Shown here piece after piece: positions 11,221-23,200 of a DNA stretch of 64,000 nucleotides. Under the pieces are notes generated by a model that was given only the letters and a program-made list of their open reading frames with translations, made no database searches and had not been told where the DNA came from. The stretch is from Leucoraja erinacea (taxonomy: Eukaryota). Each line of letters starts with the position of its first letter. Position 1 is the first letter of the stretch. Location of the stretch: assembly GCF_028641065.1 (NCBI RefSeq), contig NC_073405.1, positions 4,588,001-4,652,000 of the forward strand, given 5' to 3'. A program made the translations under genes and the position numbers.

Positions 11221-14200
11221 GTAAGTGCAACGCTAGAGCTAGAAAACAAACAAACTACTGGTTATACAATTAAACTTCTTGTTTGAGAAGGAACTGCAGA
11301 TGCTGGAAAATCGTAGGTAGACAAAAGTGCTGGAGAAACTCAGCGGGTGCAGCAGCATCTATGGAGCGAAGGAAATGGGCAACGTTTCGGGCCGAAACCC
11401 AAAGGAAATAGGCAACGTTTCGGGTCGAAACCCGAAGGGTTTCGGCCCGAAACGTTGCCTATTTCCTTCACTCCATAGATGCTGCTGCACCGGCTGATGT
11501 TTCAGTCCAATGACTATTCATCAGGACTCTCACTTGGCCAGCCTGGTGGCTCCCACTCCCACGTATCATCGGCTCAGTGTCGCAGCGGTAGAGTTGCAGC
11601 CTTGACAACAGGTGCTGTCTGTGTGGAGTTTGCACGTTCTCCTTGTGGCCGCCTGGTGCTCCGGGTGCTCCGGGTTCATCCCACACTCCAAAGACGTGTA
11701 CAGGTTTGTAGGTTAATCGGCTTCTGTAAAATTGGCCCTTGGGTGTAGTGCAGTGCTAGTGTACGGGGTGGTTTGTAGTCGGCGTGGACTAGATGGGCTG
11801 AAGGGCCTGTATCCACGCTGTATTTCTAAATGCAATCGTCGAGTGTGAAGAAGGGTCGCGATCCGAAACGTCACCTATCCTTTTTCTCCAGAGATGTTGC
11901 CTGACCTGCTGAGTTAACTCCAGCACCTTGTGTATGTTTTGAAACGAAATTAACAACCATGACCTTTTTCTGTGATTTTTTCCCCCCCTAAAATTAATTA
12001 AAAAATATATATATAAATTAATGTAAAACATTTTAAATGATTTTTCCTAAACCTAATTAGCTCCCAGTTTAGACATAAGTTCATAAGTGATAGGAGCAGA
12101 ATGAGGCCATTCGGACACAGTGCTGGAATAACTCAGCGAGTCATACAGAATCTCTGGTGAAAATGGATAGGTGACGTTTCGGGTCGAGACCCCTTTTCAC
12201 ACCCGGAACGTCACCTATCCATGTTCTCCGGAGATGCTGCCTGACCCGCTGAGTTACATCAGCATTTTGTGTCCTTCTGTGTAAACTAGCTTCTACAGTT
12301 CCTTGTTTCTCCCTTCATGTTGTTGAGGTCTGGCTCCAGACCAAGTCGGGGACGTTACCTGTCCTGTATTATTCAGAAAGCATTCACCCTCTCGAGACCA
12401 ACATCCCAACGAAATCCAGAACTGAACCGTGCCAGCGTTCATTGGTTTGTGTCTGACCAATGCACAGTGGAGGAAGTTGTTTTCAAAGCACCTAATATTT
12501 CAATCCTTCACCGAGGAAATGTATTTCAAAGTGCTGTATTTCAGAACACCACACCACTCTACATGGCCAGTCATTCCAGCAAGGCACTGTGAGGAAAGCT
12601 TCACCAGTGTTTCTAGTTTCATCAAGGCCACCATAACGTAGTCATTGCTGAAAAATGGTCTCGACCTGAAACGTCACTTTTCCTTTTCTTCGGAGATGCT
12701 GCCTGTCCCGCTGAGTTACTCCGTCATTTTGTATCTAACTTCACCAGATCAGTCATTGGGTTTTCGGGGGATTTTGCATTGATCTTCCTGCTTTGTTGCT
12801 GACTGCATTACAAAGTGTTGGTGACGATGTCTTGTGTAGACGCTACAGACCATTTGAACGCCTTTTTGTTCCTTTGGACGATAAAGGTACTGGTGATCTA
12901 AATGGGGCTTTAACTGCTGTGGAAGGGATGGTTAAACCCCAGCTGGTGTTCATCATCTTTAAATATCTCCTTATTATCGAGTTTAAACAAGAGGCAAACG
13001 GTGAGACCAATTAAGCAGAATGAAGTACAGTGTTAAAAAAAAATTGTGTCAGAAACATTTTTGTCGGAAGAAGGGGGACTTGCAAATCATTTTGTGCAAT
13101 TAGGAAAATATATATATATATATATTATATATTACTTTAGCATAGCTGAATGATGGTTTCCATAATATGTTAGGAACAGGTTCTACTGTAGAATAGAAAC
13201 ATTCCTTTCATGACAAATAATAAATAGGACCAAATGAAAATAGCAAAATCTGTGGGGGTTCTGATTTTTCTACAAATGCTCAAGGAGCCTAAATTTTAGA
13301 ATATAAAATATTGCAGAATCAATTTTGATCAACAATGGATATGATTTCTAGTCGTATTTCCTGTTCAAATACTTTGTACCAATACAAACCCAAATAGTTT
13401 GCAATGGGCCAAATAAACAAACAGGCTTTTTGCTGTACCTCAGTACACCTGACAATAAACTAAACTAAAATAGTAGCCTCCTAACTCAGAAATAATAAAG
13501 AAATATTAAACTATGTCATTTCAAAGTACAAACATAAAATGTGGGAAACATTCGACGGGTCAGGCTGTATCGGTTCCTGCAATTTCTGATTTCATTTTGG
13601 ATTTCCAGCATCTGCAGTTTTTATTTACTTTCTTTGTGTGTTTTTGTTGTGTCAGTTGATGTTGTTCTCAAAATCCTTTTCAGCATCAAAATAGCTGCAA
13701 ATTACCACATTCAATACAAAAAAAATTGGGTGGGTGGGGAGCATAATATACAATGCTTCTGATTAACCTAAACATTTAATATTATGTGACGTCCTCCAAT
13801 AATATATATTAATTTACGTAACTTATCTAAAGCAGATATGTCCAACTAGACACCAGAGGATTTGATGATCATTTTTTTCAATCGATCTTGGATGATAAGG
13901 ACCAGAAATCAAGAAGTGTATTGCACGTATCTTTCAACCCCCTTTTGTCATTTGACATTTTTTTGATTAACAGATAACGGCAACATTAATAACAAGACTT
14001 TGGGAGAAGAGGACTGTGGTTTGAGGGAGATTGACTCAGTTTCTGCACTACGGGAGCAATCGATCAGCAAGGTTACAGTGGTAGTTCAGGAGGATGGGAG
14101 TGATCCAACACAGGCAGAAGCAACCAGACCCCCCGACTCTGAACTGCAAGATCTGACGCTATATTGTGAGGAAGACCTGCTGATGAGACATGAAGGTGAG

Positions 14201-17200
14201 AAATGGGTTCATTTTATCAACTCTATGACACAAAGGGCATCACTATTTTTAGTTTTTTTCCGTCTAATATGGATAATGCCTTCTTCTTGCATTCCTTATT
14301 CAAGTGGCCTGTATCTCCTCACAAACATGTGTATCCAGAATATTAATCGAAACATTATACATAGGTTCAAGCATGTTTTCGTAGACTTAGAAACATAGAA
14401 AATAGGTGCAGGAGTAGAGGCCATTCGGCCCTTCGAGCCTGCACCCCCATTCAATATGATCAAGGCTGATCATCCAACTCAGTATCCTGTACCTGCCTTC
14501 TCTCCATACCCCCTGATCCCTTTAGCCACAAGGGCCACATCTAACTCCCTCTTAAATATAGCCAATGAACTGGCCTCAAATACCTTCTGTGGCAGAGAAT
14601 TCCACAGATTCACCACTCTCTGTGTGAAAAATCTCATCTCAGTCCTAAAAGACTTCCCCTTATCCTTAAACTGTGACCCCTTGTCCTGGACTTCCCCAAC
14701 ATCGGGAACAATCTTACTGCATCTAGCCTGTCCAACCCCTTAAGAATTTTGTACGTTTCTATAAGATCCCCCCTCAATCTTCTAAATTCTAGCGAATACA
14801 AGCCGAGTCTGTCTGGTCTTTCTTCATATGAAAGTCCTGACATCCCAGGAATCAATCTGGTGAACCTTCTCTGCACTCCCTCTATGGCAAGAATGTCTTT
14901 CCTCAGACCTGGCAGCATGGTGAGCTAAGGCTTGGCTTATTATTTTTCCATTATTTTCAACTAAAACAATGCTTGTTTTTACCTTGTGTTCTTTTACATT
15001 TAACATTTTTATTATCTCAATGTAACGGATTAGCCGAGTGGAATTTAGTGCATCAGATGATAATGTTGATTGGATTACCATTAGATTCTTCCATGAACAC
15101 TCTCAGGTATTTCATGTCTTATTTACCTTTTTATCATCCAAATTCCTTGCCAGATGGTTCATTGCCACAGGTGATCGACACCTGTAGCTTGCCCAGTGAC
15201 CTGGGCCTTCCGGTTATAATCGATAATGGCAGTGGGCTGATAAAAGCCGGACTCTCAGGAAATCATTCTCCAGCTTTCGTTTTCCCAAGTGTGGTTGGAA
15301 GGCCAAAGAACACATCAATGAATATCTTTGGATCCTCTGGAAGAGAAACGTATGTCGGAGAGGAAGCCCAAAGGAAACGCAGCATTCTTCAATTAATTGT
15401 AAGTAGAAACCTTGTGCATAAAAATACTAGTAACATTTCATCATTTTTCTGTTGGTCTACCCAATTTTCCTTCAATTTTAATTTGATCCCTTTGTGATCT
15501 CACAAGGCCATGGTGATTTGAGCAGACTAAAAAAATTGTACTCCATGGATACAAACTTGTTTGAAGTTAATGCAAAATCAGAGAAGGTTATTGGCTGCAA
15601 CCTTCCCTCCATTGACGAACTGTACACTGCAAGGGCCAGGAAGCGAGCGGGCAAGATCATTTCCGACCCCTCTCACCCTGGCCGCAAACTCTTTGAATCA
15701 CTTCCCTCTGGAAGGCGACTCCGGATTGTCAAAGCTGCCACAGCCAGACATAAAAAACAGTTTTTATCCACGAATAGTTGCTCTACTCAACAGCCAAAAA
15801 TCTGTGATCTGGTATTTTGTTGGTTCATATCCTTGATCAATGGTGTTATATCATTAATGTTTTATTATTATTAATGTTTAATGTTTTCTGAGTCATTCGT
15901 AACTATCACTGTGTGCCATGTTGTTACTTGTGGGCGGAGCACCAAGGCAAATTCCTTGTATGTGAATACTTGGCCAATAATCTTACTTACTTATCTTGGT
16001 TAAAAAAGACATTTGGACGCTGGTTAGGGTACAAAATAAGTACTATATTAGCTAATTAAGTAGAAGAGATGGCCTGCACGCGGGGTGTTGTCATTGCAAA
16101 GTGTGGGAACTGCTGGACCTCATCGTGTTGAGCAGTGATTATATCTGCCGCAAGCATTGGCTGCTCAAGGTACTTTGGTCAGGGTTCATCAGCTGGAGTA
16201 TGTGATCTGCAGATTACCTAAACCACGTGCCAGCTTGTAAAGGGCAATTGGACTGAAGAGGCAACTGCGAGGCTCAAACCATGGTGTGGGAGAAAAGGGT
16301 GAAAGTCACCTCCCTCTGTCTACAGATATTCGCCAACCTCTGACTGAAAGTCCTTTAACAAGGATGTGTTAGCCCGAGAGGAATTGCAGAAAAGTTCAGT
16401 ATAGTAGTTCCAGGGATGAGAAATTGTAGTTACCAACAGAAGGGGTTATGCTCCTTGGAGCAAAGGAAGTTGAGAAGAAAGTTTGATAAGTTTAAAATCG
16501 GTACAGTTTAAAAGCGAAAATCTATTTCCGTTAAAAGAGGACAATGGCCAGATAATACAGATAGATACGATACAATAGAACTTTATTCATCCCAGGAGGG
16601 AAATTGATTTATAGCACTTGACAAGATATCTAGTGATGAGATGAATGAAAACTTACACAATGAGTGGACATAATATGGAATGCGCTGCCTGAAAGTGCAA
16701 TGGATGTAGATTCAACTGTGATTTTCAGAAGAAATATGTAGCTAAAATAATTGCAGGACTTTAAGGAAACATGGGGACTTTGGGGGGTGACTGTATAGCT
16801 CTGCAAGTGTCTAGTGTATACTTGTGCCAAATGGGAACCTCCTGAAATATAACATTTCAATATAGCCCATCCATGGGGGGTTAAGTGATGCTCGCTCGTG
16901 GATGTAGAATGTGAAGGACGTTTGATTAACCAGCTACTATAATTCTCAACATAAAGAACCAAAGATTTACCCAAAATATCAAATTCACTAGTAAAGTACA
17001 AACAATTGAAGTGCTGTGGGAAGTGTTGAAGGTCAACGTCTTCAAATGTTTGACTGTGTTTCATTGAAGTATCCAATTCAGAATGGACTGATCACACATT
17101 GGACAGAAATGGAAGTCCTCTGGGGGCACACGTTTGAAAACGAACTGCGTCTTGACGTTGAGAACCATCCAGTTGTTATGACGGAGCCAGTGAACAACCC

Positions 17201-20200
17201 CCAGAAGAACAGGGAGAAAACAACTGAGGTAACTAACCAGCTACTGCTGAGATGAGCTGGACAGAAGGACGTTATCTCGAAACCCTTCTGGAATAGATCC
17301 TTAAAATCTGGTATGAATGCTAATGAGGTGATGATGGAACATTTCTATTTCCCCTCAGACCTGCAAGGAGAAAAATCCAATCCAAAAATCCATAAGACTA
17401 TTTAATTTAATGTTTGAATTTAAGCTCCACGTGATAAACAAAAGTAGTAGGGACCAATTTCCTCATTTTTTCCCCTTTTCTTTGAAGCAACTGTTTAGCA
17501 CCGCTCTTGAATTATGGTCATTCAGACCCTGGAGCTTGTTCAGCCATTTAGTTTCCTGCCTGAGTGACCCAGCCCGCGATACCCTGACATACCTAACAAA
17601 AATTAATTAATCTGTCGTAAAATGTTTGATTATCTCAACGCCAAGCTACAGATTTCCACTATTTTCTGTCTGTAAAACGTTTCCTCATTTCACACAATAT
17701 TGGAGGCAGTCCAGTTCTTACTCTTGTCCTAACGGCCTGCTGTATCTCTTCCTTGTTAACAACACGTCAGGATATATAATTTCCTATTCCTGTCTCCAAT
17801 ATTAAAGACAGACCGACTATCAGCTTGAGGTGACTTTCCTTTACTGTGTTTGCCTCCCTCCCTCCCTCTGAAACTGTGGCCACGATTGTGAATGCACACA
17901 CATCCCATCACTCTCGAGGATGGTGCGGTGGGAGCTGACTTTCCACATGACAAGTGAAAACTCGCTTTAGCGAACAAATGAAAAAATATTGCAGTTATTC
18001 AGTTACTTTCATAGCAAAAGGATTTGAGTATAGGAGCAGGGAGGTTCTACTGCAGTTGTACAGGGTCTTGGTGAGACCACACCTGGAGTATTGTGTACAG
18101 TTTTGGTCTCCTAATCTGAGGAAAGACATTCTTGCCATAGAGGGAGTACAGAGAAGGTTCACCAGACTGATTCCTGGGATGTCAGGACTTTCGTATGAAG
18201 AAAGACTGGATAGACTCGGTTTGTACGCGCTAGAATTTAGAAGATTAAGGGGGGATCTTATAGAAACTTACAAAATTCTTAAGGGGTTGGACAGGCTAGA
18301 TGCAGGAAGATTGTTCCCGAAGTTGGGGAAGTCCAGAACAAGGGGTCATAGTTTAAGGATAAGGGGGAAATCTTTTAGGACCGAGATGAGGAAAACTTTT
18401 TTCACACAGAGTGGTGAATCTCTGGAATTCTTTGCCGCAGAAGGTACTTGAGGCCAGTTCATTGGCTATATTTAAGAGGGAGTTAGATGCGGCCCTTGTG
18501 GCTAAAGGGATCAGGGGGTATGGAGAGAAGGCAGGAACAGGATACTGAGTTGGATGATCAGCCATGATCATATTGAATGGCGGTGCAGGCTCCAAGGGCC
18601 GAATGGCCTACTCCTGCACCTATTTTCTATGTTTCTATGTTTAATCCAGGGTTATAACTAACTGTAGGTAGACACAAATACTGGAGAAACTCAGCGGGTG
18701 CAGCAGCATCTATGGAGCGAAGGAAATAGGCAACGTTCCAGGAAGGAAATAGGCAACGTTTCAGGAAGGAAATAGGCAACAATTGCCTATTTTCTTCGCT
18801 CCTAGATGCGGCTGCACCCGCTGAGTTTCTCCAGCATTTTTGTCTACCTTCGATTTTCCAGCATCTGCAGTTCCTTCTTAAAAACACTTATAACTAACTG
18901 AGTTGCATTTTGTTTATCTAAAACAGATTCTTTTTGAAGCATTTCAAGTTCCGTCTCTACTCTTGGGGATCCAGGCAGTGCTGGCTTTACACTCCACTGG
19001 CAGAGTTTCTGGGACAGTCATTGATTCAGGTACTATCTTCTCACCAAGTGAATTGGGATGCATTTCTGTATATTATTTTGCACTTGGGTGCAAGACTGCC
19101 TTATGTACTTCAGGCAGCATATACCTTTTGGAGGTGTGGTCTTCAAAGTGATCCCAGTGACTGGTGGCTGCAAAAAAAAAATCTACATTTTTGTCCGAGA
19201 GGCTCTGACCCGAAATGTCACTTATCAATGTTCTCCTCAGGTGCTGCCTGACTTGCTGAGGTGATTTTCTACACAATTAACTATTTTGTTACTGATTTAC
19301 TCAGTTATCAAGATTCACACTTAAGCCCATGTCCCACTTTCACAACCTAATTCGCAACCTCTGCCGGATTTACCCTTGACTCACATTCGCAGCATGGTCG
19401 TCACGAGGTCGTAGATCTTCCCCATGCTCGTGAGTGGTGGACTTGTGGCATCATGTAGGTCGCGGTGTTTTTCCTAGCCTGATAATAAATGTCTATGAGT
19501 TAAAACAAAAAGGTCGGCATGGAAAAATTGGATACTTTTTACTCGTAGGTAGGTCGTGATGCTAGTCGTAGGTGGGCGGAGGCAGTCGAAGGTAATAGCT
19601 CCGGGGTGACAATAAGGTCAGTAGAAAAAGAAAGGCTATTTAAACGGCAGAACGTCAACTGTCACTCCAAGGCATGTTCATTCATAGCTGGAGAGTTTTT
19701 CAGAGAGGAGAGTTGTGTTTTAGAGATGGCACCAGAAAGTAGGGCAGGGGCTTTAGTCTACAAGCATCTATGTAAAAGGTAAAAAGCATTTTACGTCTTT
19801 AGTTAAAACAATGCAATGCGTCTACACTAAAAAAAACGATTATTTCCGATAATACAAATTTTCTTCTTTCTGATTGAAGGGTCTGCTGTGACACATGTGG
19901 TGCCTATTTTTGAAGGAGGTGCTTTGAGCAACGTTGCCCAGCGCGTGTTCCTGGGAGGAGAGGACTTGACGGAACACTTGATGAGATCCTTGGCTGAAAA
20001 CAACAGCTGGTCATTCACTTCCAAAGGTAGTAACGTACCATCACGTAACTCAACCCGTCAGGACAGGACAAGGATTTATTTCTGACATAATACATCATAG
20101 AAAAACATAGAAAAATAGGTGCAGAAGTAGGCTATTCAGCACTGCCATCAATATGATCATGGCTGATCATCTAAAATCAGTACCCCGTTCCTGCTTTTCC

Positions 20201-23200
20201 CCCATATCCCTCGATTCCGTTAGCCCTAAGAGCTAAATCTAACTCTCTCTTGAAAACATCCAGTGAATTGGCCTCCACTGCCTTCTGTGGCAGAGAATTC
20301 CACAGATTCACAACTCTGGGTGAAAAGGTTTTTCCTCATCTCAGTCCTAAATAGCCGACCCCTTATTCTTATCCTTGTGTATTGGCGGATGTGTATCTAT
20401 GTCAGGTCCAATGAAACATCACTCTCCACTATGACGCAAAATGGGTCAATAAAAATATATTGCATTCATTTGTTCTTCAGTTTGTCCATTTAAAAACACA
20501 TACAAATGGCTGAGAAATATGGGCCTAGGTGAAGTCAATTTGACACGGGATAATTGTTTTTTTTTTATTGGAGTTTCTTGTATTACTTAAAAATTACAAT
20601 GAAGAAACAAGCCAAATGGCCCAATTGTATGTGGCTGTAATTTAGTTGCAAATAAGGGAGCCTCCCTTTACCACCTGTTATTAGCAGATCTGGACCTCAG
20701 TTGCAGAAACTGTAAAGTTTATCAGTTGAATTTCAGATGAGTTTCTGGTTAATGGTGAACTCCAGGTGAATAGATGCAGAGAGTCAACGAGTAAGTGGCA
20801 GGATCCTCTCTCATTGAATCTGGCCATTGCCTAGCACTTATATCATCAAAATATTACATCACCCCGTGCCTTAATGTTGTCTGGGTTGTGTTGCATGGAG
20901 GCAGTGGAGTGATTTGTTTCTTCAAGCAGTTGGGTTTCGAGATACTGCATGGAAGCAGGCCACTCAGCCCAGCAAGTCCGCACCAACCAGCCATCCCCAC
21001 ACTAACACTATCCTACACGCACAAGGGGCAATTTACATTGATTCCAAGCGAAGTAACTTACAAACCTGTACGTCTTTGGAGTGTGGGAGGAAACCAAAGA
21101 TCCCGGAGAAAACGTACAAACTCTGTACACACAGCACCTGGAGTCAGGATTGAACTCGGATCACTGGCACTGTAAGGCAGCAATTCTACCGCTGCACCAT
21201 CACACCGCCCTAAAGTTTCTAACAGAATTCAATGTTGGGCAATCAATTATCAACATCGCCTCATGATTTATAAACAAGTAATCGATGAAGGAACTGAGAC
21301 ACAATGCTGCAGGAGCTGTTCAGGACAATGTCTCGAGGCTGGAATGATTGTTATTTTTGACAACCATGACAATCTTTGTCAGATTTGGCTCGAACCACTG
21401 GAATGTTTTCCCTCTGCTGTTGACTGATATTAGTTTCGCCTGCAGTGAGAAATGTCATAATTTCTAACTAAGGGTCTACTTATTTAATGCTGAGATGAAG
21501 AGGGATTTATTTTGCTCCTCCGGGATGCAGTTTACATCATTATCAATCTTAACTTTAAATATACTTAAGTAGAACAAAGAGAAATGTGGAGGAAGAGGAG
21601 TTTGACCAAGAGCCAGCCCCTAACTGTGCCTGATATAGAAATGAGGAACTGCAGGTCAGGTCAGGCAGCATCTCCGGAGAACATGGATAGTCTTGTGTTG
21701 GGACCATTCTTCAGACTAGATACGCAACGCTGCCTAAATGTGTCTCATTGACTCTGAGAAATCTTTATAATCTAATTATTGCCAAACGTAGTTGACTGGT
21801 GTTTCATTTGTTTTAATTTTATGATTTTTATTTCCCCTCAGCTGGCCTAGATATTATCAGAAATATCAAGGAGAAATTTTGCTACGTGGCCCTGGATTTT
21901 GAAACAGAGCTCCAGAACTTCAAGAATAATCCAGATGCAATAAAGGAAGAATATGAGCTTCCAGACGGGCAAAATATGATCATCACAAACCAGAAATTCA
22001 GCTGTCCTGAAGTCATGTTCAAGCCATTTTTAATAGGTAACTGAGAATGTTTGACCCCATTTCATCCTGGTTTTTTTTTTCTTGTTTGTGGACTATTAAT
22101 TAACTTGAAACTTGAATGTCACGGGTTAGTCCTGGGCAAGAGCGGAAGCCTTCGAGTACTTGTGGCTCATGCAACCTAACTTTGTTATAGGGTATGGTCC
22201 CGGAGCAATAGACTGATGCCTCTGTCTTCATATTCCTGCTTGCATTATATATCTCAAATAGGTGTACGTCATGTCTGATCTACCCTAAGATGCAAATCCA
22301 ATTTCCTACTTTGCCCACCACCCCAAATTGTTTTAAAGCTACAAATTCCAAAGACTCATGGGCTTCTAAGCCAAATTTGTTCTCATCCACCTAATCTACT
22401 TACAACCCTTTTGCAGACTGAATGAATAGGAGATGTTTTATGTGTCATTCCTAACTGTCACTGTACGCCGTTGTCACTTGCGGGCGGAGCACCAAGGCAA
22501 ATTCCTTGTATGTGAATACTTGGCCAATAAATGTATTCATTCAAAATGTCATTTGTCAATGCCCTCCGTGGATGCCGAGTTCCTCCAGTCAACATTCATT
22601 TTCCTTTAGTTTCTAATTCCACCCAAATTAATTCTCCAACATGACCGTTCTCAACTGAGGAACACCAGCTCCTTTCCCTTTAAGTATAAAATCAGTGTTT
22701 AAGAAGGAACTGCAGATGCTGGAAAGGTACACAAAAATGCAGGAGAAACTCAGCGGGTGCAGCAGCATCTATGGAGCGAAGGAGATAGGCAACGTTTCAG
22801 GCCAAAACCCTTCTTCAGACCAGTACTGGTTACTTCGTAACCACATCTCTGTAATAGTGATCACATCATAGCCATTCTGCGTATTGCGTACAGTTTTGGT
22901 CTCCTAATCTGAGGAAGGACATTATTGCCATAGAGGGAGTGCAGAGACGGTTCACCAGACTGATTCCTGGGATGTCAGGACTGTCTTATGAAGAAAGGCT
23001 GGATAGACTTGGTTTATACTCTCTAGAATTTAGAAGATTGAGAGGGGATCTTATAGAAACTTACAAAATTCTTAAGGGGTTGGACAGGCTAGATGCAGGA
23101 AGACTGTTCCCGATGTTAGGGAAGTCCAGGACAAGGGGTCACAGCTTAAGGATAAAGGGGAAATCCTTTAAAACCGAGATGAGAAGAACTTTTTTCACGC

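Noticed and set aside
14973-15153. Hydrophobic signal-peptide-like start (MFLPCVLLHLTFLL) on the actin ORF
   Set aside because: Begins at a TTG in AT-rich intron sequence upstream of a good acceptor at 15153 whose phase matches exon 2; read as intron run-through.
17954-18451. 165-aa ORF as a host gene
   Set aside because: CR1 reverse transcriptase C-terminal fragment present in many copies.
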